A DNA stretch of 64,000 nucleotides from a virus (lineage: Duplodnaviria > Caudoviricetes). Location of the stretch: the IMG/VR virus record IMGVR_UViG_3300038499_000016, positions 44,694 to 108,693 of that record. The stretch is one strand, 5' to 3'. The stretch's first letter is position 1; the number at the start of each line of letters is the position of its first letter. Position numbers and translations under genes: made by a program. Below the pieces are notes generated by a model that was not told where the DNA came from, made no database searches, and saw only the letters and a list, made by a program, of their open reading frames with translations. Of the stretch, positions 46,101-53,722 are shown piece after piece.

Positions 46101-46460
46101 CGTTGCACCATTCATGGTAACAACAGTACCAAGATAGTGCGTTCCTGTTATGCCATCGTCAATAAAATCGTTCGATAGCTGAAAGCCCCTCGTGCCATTC
46201 CACGACCACGTACGAGTGTACGCACTGGTTATGCGAATTGACGCAAATGGATTTGTCAAACCTTGCGTTGCAGTATTTGGTGTTTTGCTGCCGCCTGTCA
46301 CATCGAAAATGCATGTGTCAGTTGCACCAGGAGCCACACCTCCAGACCAGTTCAGAACATTAGACCACCACGTATTAACAGTACTATCCGCAGCAGTAAA
46401 TGTGATAGCGGCAGCGTTGGCAATCCCAACCAACGCCAATATCGCAATTAAAATTCTCAT
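43122..46460 (-). CDS. large secreted-type protein: beta-strand repeats + IPT/TIG + SGNH (sialate O-acetylesterase-like) + IPT
   Basis: Signal peptide MRILIAILALVGIANA; WSNVLNWSGGVAP; PPTGG.VII.G; LLGQSNA, WYQGE, FHL..KG; PGDTLNITGTGFG. Confidence 0.75.
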   Translation of the reverse strand: MRILIAILALVGIANAAAITFTAADSTVNTWWSNVLNWSGGVAPGATDTCIFDVTGGSKTPNTATQGLTNPFASIRITSAYTRTWSWNGTRGFQLSNDFIDDGITGTHYLGTVVTMNGATSTYHVGSGCAAGYSASATVLTFNGTAGCVLDQDLGAMYYGRLNLGSSALVTNSGASAFSITCAASDTSIKLESNAVLTNAAGLTLYLPGAGSYLWYQASGASIIGAGGISVLVGTTPYTMPTANLGPNSTSLIAYGSTTINQTGNLTVANAATRVFSFQTNTSGVTLRWINASSNVTCNILQLGSTHASAAVVGSYGSGTYSINAFDGTTRNSGANIDSFQTLVGYCSGSFSMGTSHAYIPGTSSWTMDSAGILLTNSKDLYDFFFNPGVGLTDSVVDSAGSYHNVSVLSGKLKPLTAGFNLTGNLLLSGTDTLFGNRANAKWIRLANVATVRITNTNAQRLLDSLKFNFVNGGSFLKDSANDRVKRVLLSSGAGGKKLAFQSGTSLQIVGYVPGDFSGISGALDSTISTNPGQLAMIATTVPQCDSFRYIRDQEAQGYPGLCTTGCVDGGGTVNWAFDRPLVNYTIPASLPPTGGRVIIQGAHLRSSGGSVTVDGVPAALTAQHDAWVSFTAPAHAVGTVWIIYDHGTGVDSVQITYATNSLTDSTIIGVLLGQSNAQGAAVLHASRDTAKTDSALGYRRTSIQNLEGTWMRCTDPMVGSNASMGPSLSTSLVRYLRKPVALINAARITSNLVGYYWHKAISWGMRNPDNPWDSTFMYGKEISFIENGLQGRKPVFFEWYQGETECQYIKDSILVYPTRFDTLQARMKLDLGLDSMPTLIVQVSIDSQTANIPYDTNYTHLRNMQYGLDRGTNEAIFAAPTYDLAVQSQFHLSYKGQDSLGPRLAAAYVRYRNGIRSPYPHLTAVTTSGDTLVLQFNSPLYPSVTNVSGFSLDSAGTSATITSARTDVMQLKLLTSRTEASLNTRYMIGRLPDVTYPVLTHARLPVLPIGTKRAVGWVDRSGRLVTNLRKDWLKPGDTLNITGTGFGASQGIGTIKCNSTSLGTAITWTNTSVAIPIPIISRGYYDLIVTTAAGVSDTVAYGLKIFRPEAH

Positions 46461-46735
46461 TGCTTCTCCAGCACCGGCGGATCTTTGACTTCTGTAGTTT
46501 TTTCCGCAAACGTGCTTTGTGTCACCTTACCTGTTAGACCTGCACCAACAAGACTAAATACTAAGACACACACATTCCATGGAATTTCTTGAAGTTTACC
46601 CTGTTTTACACTGGAATAACCCCAAGCTGTAAGAATAACAAGTACGGGGAATACACAAAGAAATACCGCAATCACTCGAATGCTGGACCAATTAACACCA
46701 TCATCCGATATGAACATTGAAAATAGACTCTTCAT
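46457..46735 (-). CDS. two-TM membrane protein (holin-like)
   Basis: DDGVNWSSIRV plus two hydrophobic helices and a charged tail. Confidence 0.5.
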   Translation of the reverse strand: MKSLFSMFISDDGVNWSSIRVIAVFLCVFPVLVILTAWGYSSVKQGKLQEIPWNVCVLVFSLVGAGLTGKVTQSTFAEKTTEVKDPPVLEKQ

Positions 46736-46754
46736 ATTTTTCCCCCTCTTAATC

Positions 46755-47147
46755 CTAATTATTTATTAAAGTCATGGTCCCATCACTATGGGTCAAATCC
46801 CCGGAAGACCCTATTGTAGATCTAGGTATACTGAGAATTGCATTTTCCCAATCATATACCTTTATTTCATTTTTCTGCCATGTCCCATCATGCGTGTAAG
46901 AAGACCAAGACATACTTGAAGAAAAATCAGGACCTAAAAGAACAATCCTTTTAGTCTGACGTCCATCCTGATGATCAAAATGTGTATCTACTCTAGCCAA
47001 CTTACTTGTTGAATCAAAGTAAGGATCATAATTGGTAAGCCCTATAAGCGTATCAAGATTATAAGACATGACAACATTCTGGCCATCAACTACACTAGCA
47101 CTTGAAAAAACAGTTCCAGTAGCCATATTTCTTTCTCCTATACTCAA
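46755..47147 (-). CDS. stand-alone repeated module (copy 3)
   Basis: YFDSTSKLARV...HQDGRQTKRI...SWSSYTHDGTWQK...THSDGTM. Confidence 0.7.
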   Translation of the reverse strand: MSIGERNMATGTVFSSASVVDGQNVVMSYNLDTLIGLTNYDPYFDSTSKLARVDTHFDHQDGRQTKRIVLLGPDFSSSMSWSSYTHDGTWQKNEIKVYDWENAILSIPRSTIGSSGDLTHSDGTMTLINN

Positions 47148-47398
47148 TCCTTAAGAGCTTTGCGTTTCCGTCTCCGCCACTTTTTGACCTTATCAGGCAT
47201 CTTTTGATAATCTTTACCCTTTTCCTCGCGGTATTCGTGCATGTATTCTTTCATGTAGTCTGACCGCTGACTCTTATTCTTTATGGAAGGCCTTCTTCGA
47301 GGGGGCTTAATTTTAGGCTGCTCTCGAAACTTTATGGTTACTTCTCCTTCAGGCAGAAGAGCCACAATATTCCGTATACGATCATGAAGAGTGTCCAT
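47144..47398 (-). CDS. small highly basic protein
   Basis: Start MDTLHDR at 47398 (GAGGA RBS); very K/R-rich. Confidence 0.55.
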   Translation of the reverse strand: MDTLHDRIRNIVALLPEGEVTIKFREQPKIKPPRRRPSIKNKSQRSDYMKEYMHEYREEKGKDYQKMPDKVKKWRRRKRKALKD

Positions 47399-47406
47399 AT
47401 GTGTCC

Positions 47407-48054
47407 TCAAGCAACTATGAATATCCTTTTTCGTCTTCTTCGTGTAGGCTGTCGTGTCCCCAGTACATTTACGGTATCTGAGGGATTGCTTAGGGTCCCG
47501 ATCAGGTCCCCAATATCCACGCCTAAGCTGGGAACAATTTCTCCGGAGTTCCAGTCTCCTACATCTCCTATATCCACGCCTAAGCTGGGAACAATTTCTC
47601 CGGAGTTCCAATCTCCTACATCTCCAATATCAACGCCTAAGCTGGGAACAATTTCTCCGGAGTTCCAATCTCCTACATCTCCTACATCACACCCTAAAGT
47701 ATCACCAGTAAGAGTGATGCTTTGATTTGCCGCTGTCGAGACTGAACCCCAGATGTCCTTAATTGTGAGCCCAGAACTATTTATCCCTCCGTATATATAA
47801 TCATGTGAAGTAGTCGTTGTGTCGGCTATCTGAGAAAAAGTTCCATCCCCGTATGTCCAATAATAATCGTAAGTATGACTGGGATAACCAAAAATATTGA
47901 CTTCATAGTTAATTATCGAGTGTTCTCCGCTATCATCCCACTGTTCATGCTGTAATTGATAGTACCCCGGTTGAGAATAAATATGAGATGGATTCTGAAG
48001 ACTGCTGGTTGTTCCATCTCCAAAATCCCATGCCCATGCAGTGACTGTTGCCAT
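47407..48054 (-). CDS. PKD-domain protein with 19-aa repeats
   Basis: WAWDFGDGTTSSLQNPSHIY..PG; second WTYGDG motif. Confidence 0.75.
   Translation of the reverse strand: MATVTAWAWDFGDGTTSSLQNPSHIYSQPGYYQLQHEQWDDSGEHSIINYEVNIFGYPSHTYDYYWTYGDGTFSQIADTTTTSHDYIYGGINSSGLTIKDIWGSVSTAANQSITLTGDTLGCDVGDVGDWNSGEIVPSLGVDIGDVGDWNSGEIVPSLGVDIGDVGDWNSGEIVPSLGVDIGDLIGTLSNPSDTVNVLGTRQPTRRRRKRIFIVA
47508..47685 (-). repeat. 57-bp tandem repeat x3 (GDVGDWNSGEIVPSLGVDI)
   Basis: Near-identical units, e.g. TATCCACGCC at 47514 and 47571. Confidence 0.9.
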
Positions 48055-48055
48055 G

Positions 48056-49141
48056 TCATACTGCCGTGAAGTTAATGGTTAAGGGGGCATGGCCAGTCAA
48101 AGCACTCACGCTGAACTGGGCCTGAAGATCAAGCTTCAGAGCTCTGACATTATCATTTGAGCACATGTAGAGATAGGGTGTTCGATAATACAACTGACGT
48201 GGGCAGTAGTATTGAACATTAGAATCAAGGTACACAAAACGAGATGTTAGGGTCAGGTCATAGACTCCAATACCATAATTACGTAAAGCAAAAAACAGGT
48301 ACTGCCCATCGGTAGTAATGCTGTAAACTTCATTATATTGAACATAATTTGGCAGAGTGATAGTAGTTATAAGGGTAAACGATGATCCATCATATGAAAG
48401 CTTATGAATTTTTCCCTGACCGGATTCCTGACTTGTAGCTAGATAATAGTAGGTACCATCATAACCAAGGCCACAGGGCGTTGCAGTAAAAGTAGATAGA
48501 GATCCACAAAGAACCCACCCACCTCCTGATGTAAACGTATATGCTCTAATCTCATAAGTCGTACTCATAGAAGTGCCAAACACCAATCCGCCGCCAGTTC
48601 TTGGCATTATTGCAGTTCTATAATCTCTTCCACTATCAGAATTAGAATTAACTTGCGTAAAACCGGTACCAGAAGAAAAAGTGTACACGTATCTATAATC
48701 ACTTGTACAAAAAACATAAATATAACCATCTGTGTCATAATACAAATCTCTTGGAGTAGCCCCTGTGGCATAAATAGCTAACGTGTACCAATAAGTACCG
48801 GTAAAAACACCTCCAGATATTGCAAAAGCCCACAAAGTTACACTTGCAATATATCCGCCGGTGTACTCCCCCGTCACAACAAAAATCCATCCTGGGGGTC
48901 CCATCACAAGTGATATAGGCCAATCTGGATTGGTTACAGTAGGTATATCAATCTGGCTGGTTTTAGTGAATGTGGACCCATTAAAAGTGCCCGCATACAA
49001 ACACTTTCTTCCTCCCAAGGTCTGTTCTCCATCATCTCCAACGTATAGATAAGTCCCATCAGAAGCAATACACGTTTTTCGCGTACCACTTCCTGTATAA
49101 CCAAAATTAGTACTACCCTTTGAATTGAACAAATACGACAT
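48056..49141 (-). CDS. beta-propeller-like protein ending in a PKD N-terminal strand
   Basis: Repeated DGTYLY/DGYIY/DGTYYY/DGQYLF blades; C-terminal AQFSVSALTGHAPLTINFT. Confidence 0.6.
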   Translation of the reverse strand: MSYLFNSKGSTNFGYTGSGTRKTCIASDGTYLYVGDDGEQTLGGRKCLYAGTFNGSTFTKTSQIDIPTVTNPDWPISLVMGPPGWIFVVTGEYTGGYIASVTLWAFAISGGVFTGTYWYTLAIYATGATPRDLYYDTDGYIYVFCTSDYRYVYTFSSGTGFTQVNSNSDSGRDYRTAIMPRTGGGLVFGTSMSTTYEIRAYTFTSGGGWVLCGSLSTFTATPCGLGYDGTYYYLATSQESGQGKIHKLSYDGSSFTLITTITLPNYVQYNEVYSITTDGQYLFFALRNYGIGVYDLTLTSRFVYLDSNVQYYCPRQLYYRTPYLYMCSNDNVRALKLDLQAQFSVSALTGHAPLTINFTAV

Positions 49142-49142
49142 A

Positions 49143-50627
49143 TTACACCGCCGACGTAGAATCTCTGACTAATAATGTTGGATTATTTAATGATGAGTAC
49201 ACAAGAGCCTTATAATCAATGCCCCCTATGGTTCGCTTATCGACATAAGAACTGATTCCAGTACTATTAGTCAAATACACATCTTGAAGAGTACCGTAAA
49301 CCCGATTCATGTCTACAGAACTACTACCAGCAGCATTGACATATTCCACCAATATAGGTCTTTGACAGTAATAATAAGTATTGGCCCCAACAGAAGTCGT
49401 AGCAGTCAGTATTATAGACTTACAATCCAGCGCGGCCTGGGTATAAATCAGCCCTGATTGAGGGTGCATGTTGTATGCTTCAACAGGACTCGACATGTAA
49501 GGTATCTGAGTTAGATTAGACGTTTCAGTCCAATTATCATCACCAGAATACTGGTATGTCACAACATTTCCGGTAGTCACTTGGAATCTATGCGGATACG
49601 CCGCTATCACTGAACCAGACGGAAAATTCCTAAAAATGGTGTCTACAGTTATGGTATCCGCACCCAAATCCCTAGCGGTAATTTGAGGGTAGTTCAGCCA
49701 AGTATGATCACCAAAATCATACAAAAAGTATCTGTTTCCTATTGTGAAATTAGCAGCTTGTCCCGACCCTAAACTCAGAACAACATTATTACCTGCGGTT
49801 GCCCCAGAAATAAGCGTTCCAGTTTTGCTTAGGTCTTCTACAAAATCCGTACTTGCTTCCCAATCTCCAGTCCTGACAGAGTACCACCCTATACCAGTTC
49901 CAGGTAACGGGTATACACTAGTACTCGCAATAAACAAGCTATCCGTATTTCCTCTAAAACTATAAGAATGCCACGCCGAGTCATTGATAACTACTTGGTA
50001 TAGACACCCAGAATAAATTCCATAAGCTCTGTGGGTTGAAACATTCCACCACAAAGGAAAACGGAAGAAACAATAATTGAAATTACCAACACCTCCACCT
50101 CCAGAATTGTTAGCATTTCCGCGTTCAATCCACAAAAATTTATGTACTTCATTCAGAGTAGGACTTGGTACGTTACAGTAGCATCTTTTTGGCCAGCCAT
50201 ATACATAGTGAGTGCCCGAACCTATTCCAGTAATATCAACATATGTCCCGTTGATAGCATTCAAATATGTAATAGCCACTCGTATGGTGTTTGCATCCAC
50301 TACTACAGCGTAACTAAGAGGACCACCACTAGGAATTGGTGGTGTTGCAGCAATTCCACCACCGGACGTCAAAAAACTTACAGTCTGCCCAGTATGAAAT
50401 CCGTGGGTATTGATGGTAATGGTATCATTGACAGTAGAAACAGCAGCAGGAAGAAATGAGTACCAAGGAGCTGCGGAATCCGATGATAAATCATCTATCA
50501 AATACCACCCTGCCCCTCCCGACGCAACCGGCGTAGTCAGGAATGTATTCAGCTTGTAATAAAAGCTGTTGCTGTCCGAAAAACTACCGCCAGTCCAATA
50601 CCCGTCATTAACATTCCAAGCCGACAT
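49143..50627 (-). CDS. putative virion fibre/structural protein (paralog of 50637-52091)
   Basis: DTITINTHGFHTGQTV...NAINGTYVD; GQAANFTIGNRYFLYDF...ITARDLG.DTITVD...YPHRF. Confidence 0.65.
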   Translation of the reverse strand: MSAWNVNDGYWTGGSFSDSNSFYYKLNTFLTTPVASGGAGWYLIDDLSSDSAAPWYSFLPAAVSTVNDTITINTHGFHTGQTVSFLTSGGGIAATPPIPSGGPLSYAVVVDANTIRVAITYLNAINGTYVDITGIGSGTHYVYGWPKRCYCNVPSPTLNEVHKFLWIERGNANNSGGGGVGNFNYCFFRFPLWWNVSTHRAYGIYSGCLYQVVINDSAWHSYSFRGNTDSLFIASTSVYPLPGTGIGWYSVRTGDWEASTDFVEDLSKTGTLISGATAGNNVVLSLGSGQAANFTIGNRYFLYDFGDHTWLNYPQITARDLGADTITVDTIFRNFPSGSVIAAYPHRFQVTTGNVVTYQYSGDDNWTETSNLTQIPYMSSPVEAYNMHPQSGLIYTQAALDCKSIILTATTSVGANTYYYCQRPILVEYVNAAGSSSVDMNRVYGTLQDVYLTNSTGISSYVDKRTIGGIDYKALVYSSLNNPTLLVRDSTSAV

Positions 50628-50636
50628 ACAACATCC

Positions 50637-52091
50637 TTATTGCAGAGTATTTTGAACAATAACTGAAAAAGTAACTGGATAAGTACAATTACAGAAAGAA
50701 GATGCGGCTGTACTTAACCAGGTATAATTCAATCCACCTATCGTTCGGGTTGCAGTGCTGAAATTAGTGTTTGTTCCTATATAAATATTGTTCGCCGTCC
50801 CATAGAATCTATCACACCCCGAAGTAGAACTTACACTGTTGTTTCGATACGCCTCGTAAATTGTTGGCCTCTGAACAAGATAACGCCCGTTATCATCCGG
50901 ATCAACTCTGGTTATTGCATACGTAATCTGAGCATCAATAGAGCAGGCCCCATAAATATACCCCACCTGACCATGAAAGACATATCCCGGAGCTGCAGAT
51001 ACATAAGGGATAGCAGAACGAGAACCAGATATACCCGTACCCTGACTATAAGAAAAATTGTCCGCAAAGCCTCCGAACGGATTCGCTGAAGTACTTACCG
51101 CTGCGTAAAAACGATGTGGGTAAGGCCCCAACACAGCCCCTACGGGGTAATTGTAACTAATAGCATCCACCGTAATTTGATCAAGCCCTGTATCCCTAGC
51201 AGTAATCCTAACATAATCCACCCAACTATGATTTGTAAAATCATAGATATAGTAATAATTTCCGACGGTGAAATTAGAAGCCTGACCAGTTCCCAATTGA
51301 AGAGTTATGAAAGGACCTGAAGTAGCAGGAGAAGTCAATATACCCGATTTAGTAGGATCCTCTAGTATCAGAGAATTACTGGATCCCGTAAAATTATCCA
51401 GGGTGAAAGAAGTCCAAGCAGAACTACCACTATAACGGCCCCCAAGAACTACTATGTTGGTGTTCCCTCGAAAACTGTAATAATAAGTACCACTTGCGGT
51501 ACCTAACGCTAGAATAGCCCCAAACCAATACCCGTATCCGATGTGAGTAGTAGTATTCCAATACAGACAGCATTGTATAGGAACATTGATCCCACTTAAT
51601 CCGGTATAGGTTCTCATTGAAGTAACTACCAAATACTTGCAGACTTGATTAGGAGTTGGTGCCGCAACGGTACAGAAAACCCTAAAAGGAAAGTTGTACA
51701 CCGAATGTGGACCTGCGCCCCCTGTTGAAGAAAGATCTACTGGTGTACCTGCTATTGCATTGAGAAGTGTTGAAGCAACCTTAAACTGTGTAGAAGAGAT
51801 ATAAATAGCAAAATATTCTTGGGTAGCTGTTGTCAACCCTGCCGGCAGACCTCCGGATCCTGCAATGAAATAAATATGCTGCCCATTGAAGAACCCATGC
51901 CCTCCTGAAACAGTAATGGTATCCGATCCTATATCAACATCTGAACTGGTGAAAGTCTTGGTTATAAGAGTACTCTGATCATCAAGCAGGGTCCACCCCA
52001 TGTTGACCAACGAATTTGACAGGACACTATGCCATTCATTGGACCCAAAGCCCATCGCGGAGGCCATTCCGGTATTGATATAGAAAGCCAT
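50637..52091 (-). CDS. putative virion fibre/structural protein (paralog of 49143-50627)
   Basis: DTITVSGGHGFFNGQ...NAIAGTPVD; GQASNFTVGNYYYIYDF...ITARDTG.DQITVD...YPHRF. Confidence 0.65.
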   Translation of the reverse strand: MAFYINTGMASAMGFGSNEWHSVLSNSLVNMGWTLLDDQSTLITKTFTSSDVDIGSDTITVSGGHGFFNGQHIYFIAGSGGLPAGLTTATQEYFAIYISSTQFKVASTLLNAIAGTPVDLSSTGGAGPHSVYNFPFRVFCTVAAPTPNQVCKYLVVTSMRTYTGLSGINVPIQCCLYWNTTTHIGYGYWFGAILALGTASGTYYYSFRGNTNIVVLGGRYSGSSAWTSFTLDNFTGSSNSLILEDPTKSGILTSPATSGPFITLQLGTGQASNFTVGNYYYIYDFTNHSWVDYVRITARDTGLDQITVDAISYNYPVGAVLGPYPHRFYAAVSTSANPFGGFADNFSYSQGTGISGSRSAIPYVSAAPGYVFHGQVGYIYGACSIDAQITYAITRVDPDDNGRYLVQRPTIYEAYRNNSVSSTSGCDRFYGTANNIYIGTNTNFSTATRTIGGLNYTWLSTAASSFCNCTYPVTFSVIVQNTLQ

Positions 52092-52100
52092 TGTCTGTCC

Positions 52101-52487
52101 TTAGAAGGTATTAAGACTCATCGTTCCATCAGAATGAGTAACATCATTTGACGTAGAATCTATATATGCCCGAGTCAGATTAAAAATTGCTCCGTCTAAA
52201 TCATATGCCTTGATCTTATACTTTTGCCAAGTACCATCACGAGCAAAAGCGGACCATTGAACGGAAGCCTGGTGAGTCTGTTCATCGTGGATAATTTGTT
52301 TCTGCTGTCTGCCATCCTGATGAAGGTAATACACCACCACCTTACCTATTTCATTGGTACTATCAAAATAGGTGTCTGGGGTAGCCGCCTGAATTGTAGA
52401 AACCAACTCCGTACGATTGATGGTACTCGTAACGGAAACACCATCCACTGCAATCAATGAATCAAAAAAATTCAATCCTGTAGCCAT
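52101..52487 (-). CDS. stand-alone repeated module (copy 4)
   Basis: YFDSTNEIGKV...HQDGRQQKQIIH...WSAFARDGTWQK...THSDGTM. Confidence 0.7.
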   Translation of the reverse strand: MATGLNFFDSLIAVDGVSVTSTINRTELVSTIQAATPDTYFDSTNEIGKVVVYYLHQDGRQQKQIIHDEQTHQASVQWSAFARDGTWQKYKIKAYDLDGAIFNLTRAYIDSTSNDVTHSDGTMSLNTF

Positions 52488-52501
52488 TAATTATTCCTTA
52501 T

Positions 52502-53719
52502 TCAGAGATACTTGTTAAGAAAAATCTGCCCCCCTGAATGGGTCAAATCTTCTACAGTCGGATCTATATACGCCCGAGAAATTGTGGTCACAGCGCCTTC
52601 AAGATCATAGACCTTTATCGCAGTCTTTTGCCACGTTCCATCACGAGCCAACGGAGACCACGAAACAGAAGCATTGTGATCCGGATAAAAGAATACCCGC
52701 TTCTGTTCTCGTCCATCCTGATGCGTATAATAAACAGATACCTGCCCTATTTTAGCTTCAGAATCGAAATAACTATCAACACCCATGGCTTGTATTGATC
52801 TTACTAATTCTGTTAGACCTAAATAACTGTTGACAACTGTACTGTCCCCAACCGACGACTCAAGAAAAAAACTTAAGGGTTTTTTAGAGTATACCCCCAT
52901 TGCTGTATCAGAATTAGATCGGACATTGTTGTCATAATCATATAGTGGAACATAAGAATCAATGCTGTGTTGAATACCGCCACTTAGGCAGGGACTCAAG
53001 GGTAAAAGATGAAAATCAGAACTAGAAACAAATTGAGGATTTGAAGTTATATCATGAACACCTTGTGATGAAGGAGGATTAAAAGGTGTAGAAAAATTAT
53101 ACACACAGTTGTAATCTAAATCTATAGTTGCACCAACAAGTTCTATACCAGTACCCGTTCCGTTTCCAACAAGAATATTGTTTTTTATTTTACCTGAACA
53201 TGTTAAGGCATATGAACTACTATTGGCTATCAAAACATTATTGTAAACATAAGCTCTATCATACGCGGGATGCATGTTTATTATTTGGCCCGTTGAACTA
53301 CCAATAATAATATTGTTTTGTATTTTCCAATTTATAGCCCATATATCTGAAAATGCACTTGACCAAATGCAACCGTGAGGAGCATTCCTAGCATCCATGT
53401 AGTTGTTTTCAATTATTACATCAGTTTGAGCACTTGGATTGCTCGCAGGCTGTATAGACTTATTTACAAGATGAACAATATTGAAATTTTTTATGACTGT
53501 ACTACTTTTAGCAGATAACCCGCATATTTTCCATACAGATCTTCCACTTAACGAAGTGTATGTAATACCAGTTGCTGGAGTAATAACATCACCGGGTTCA
53601 GTAATGTCTCCTCCAGAAGAATCAAGTTGAACAATGTCACCTGTAACTAACGTGACAGCTGCTTGAAGAGCTGTTACAGTCTCGTATGTAGTTCCAACTT
53701 TAACAGTATATGTTGCCAT
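52502..53719 (-). CDS. beta-helix protein fused to the repeated module (copy 5)
   Basis: IENN/IQNN/VYNN/IKNN coils, NPQFV..DFHL...SPC; C-terminal YFDSEAKIGQV...HQDGREQKR...WSPLARDGTWQK. Confidence 0.72.
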   Translation of the reverse strand: MATYTVKVGTTYETVTALQAAVTLVTGDIVQLDSSGGDITEPGDVITPATGITYTSLSGRSVWKICGLSAKSSTVIKNFNIVHLVNKSIQPASNPSAQTDVIIENNYMDARNAPHGCIWSSAFSDIWAINWKIQNNIIIGSSTGQIINMHPAYDRAYVYNNVLIANSSSYALTCSGKIKNNILVGNGTGTGIELVGATIDLDYNCVYNFSTPFNPPSSQGVHDITSNPQFVSSSDFHLLPLSPCLSGGIQHSIDSYVPLYDYDNNVRSNSDTAMGVYSKKPLSFFLESSVGDSTVVNSYLGLTELVRSIQAMGVDSYFDSEAKIGQVSVYYTHQDGREQKRVFFYPDHNASVSWSPLARDGTWQKTAIKVYDLEGAVTTISRAYIDPTVEDLTHSGGQIFLNKYL

Positions 53720-53722
53720 ATA

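Noticed and set aside
47399-47611. N-terminal extension of the 47144-47611 ORF
   Set aside because: It is an alternate-frame reading of the 57-bp repeat; the RBS supports a start at 47398.
47508-47685. CRISPR array
   Set aside because: The 57-bp units are contiguous with no unique spacers and are in frame within a protein.
50627-52103. Read-through fusion of 52487-52101, 52091-50637 and 50627-49143 (all in frame)
   Set aside because: TAAGGA-N6-ATG is a stop overlapping a Shine-Dalgarno site, and each ORF looks like a complete protein; ordinary translational coupling explains it.
40837-53719. Diversity-generating retroelement behind the repeated module
   Set aside because: No reverse transcriptase in the window, and the copies differ at all base types rather than only at adenines, as judged by eye.
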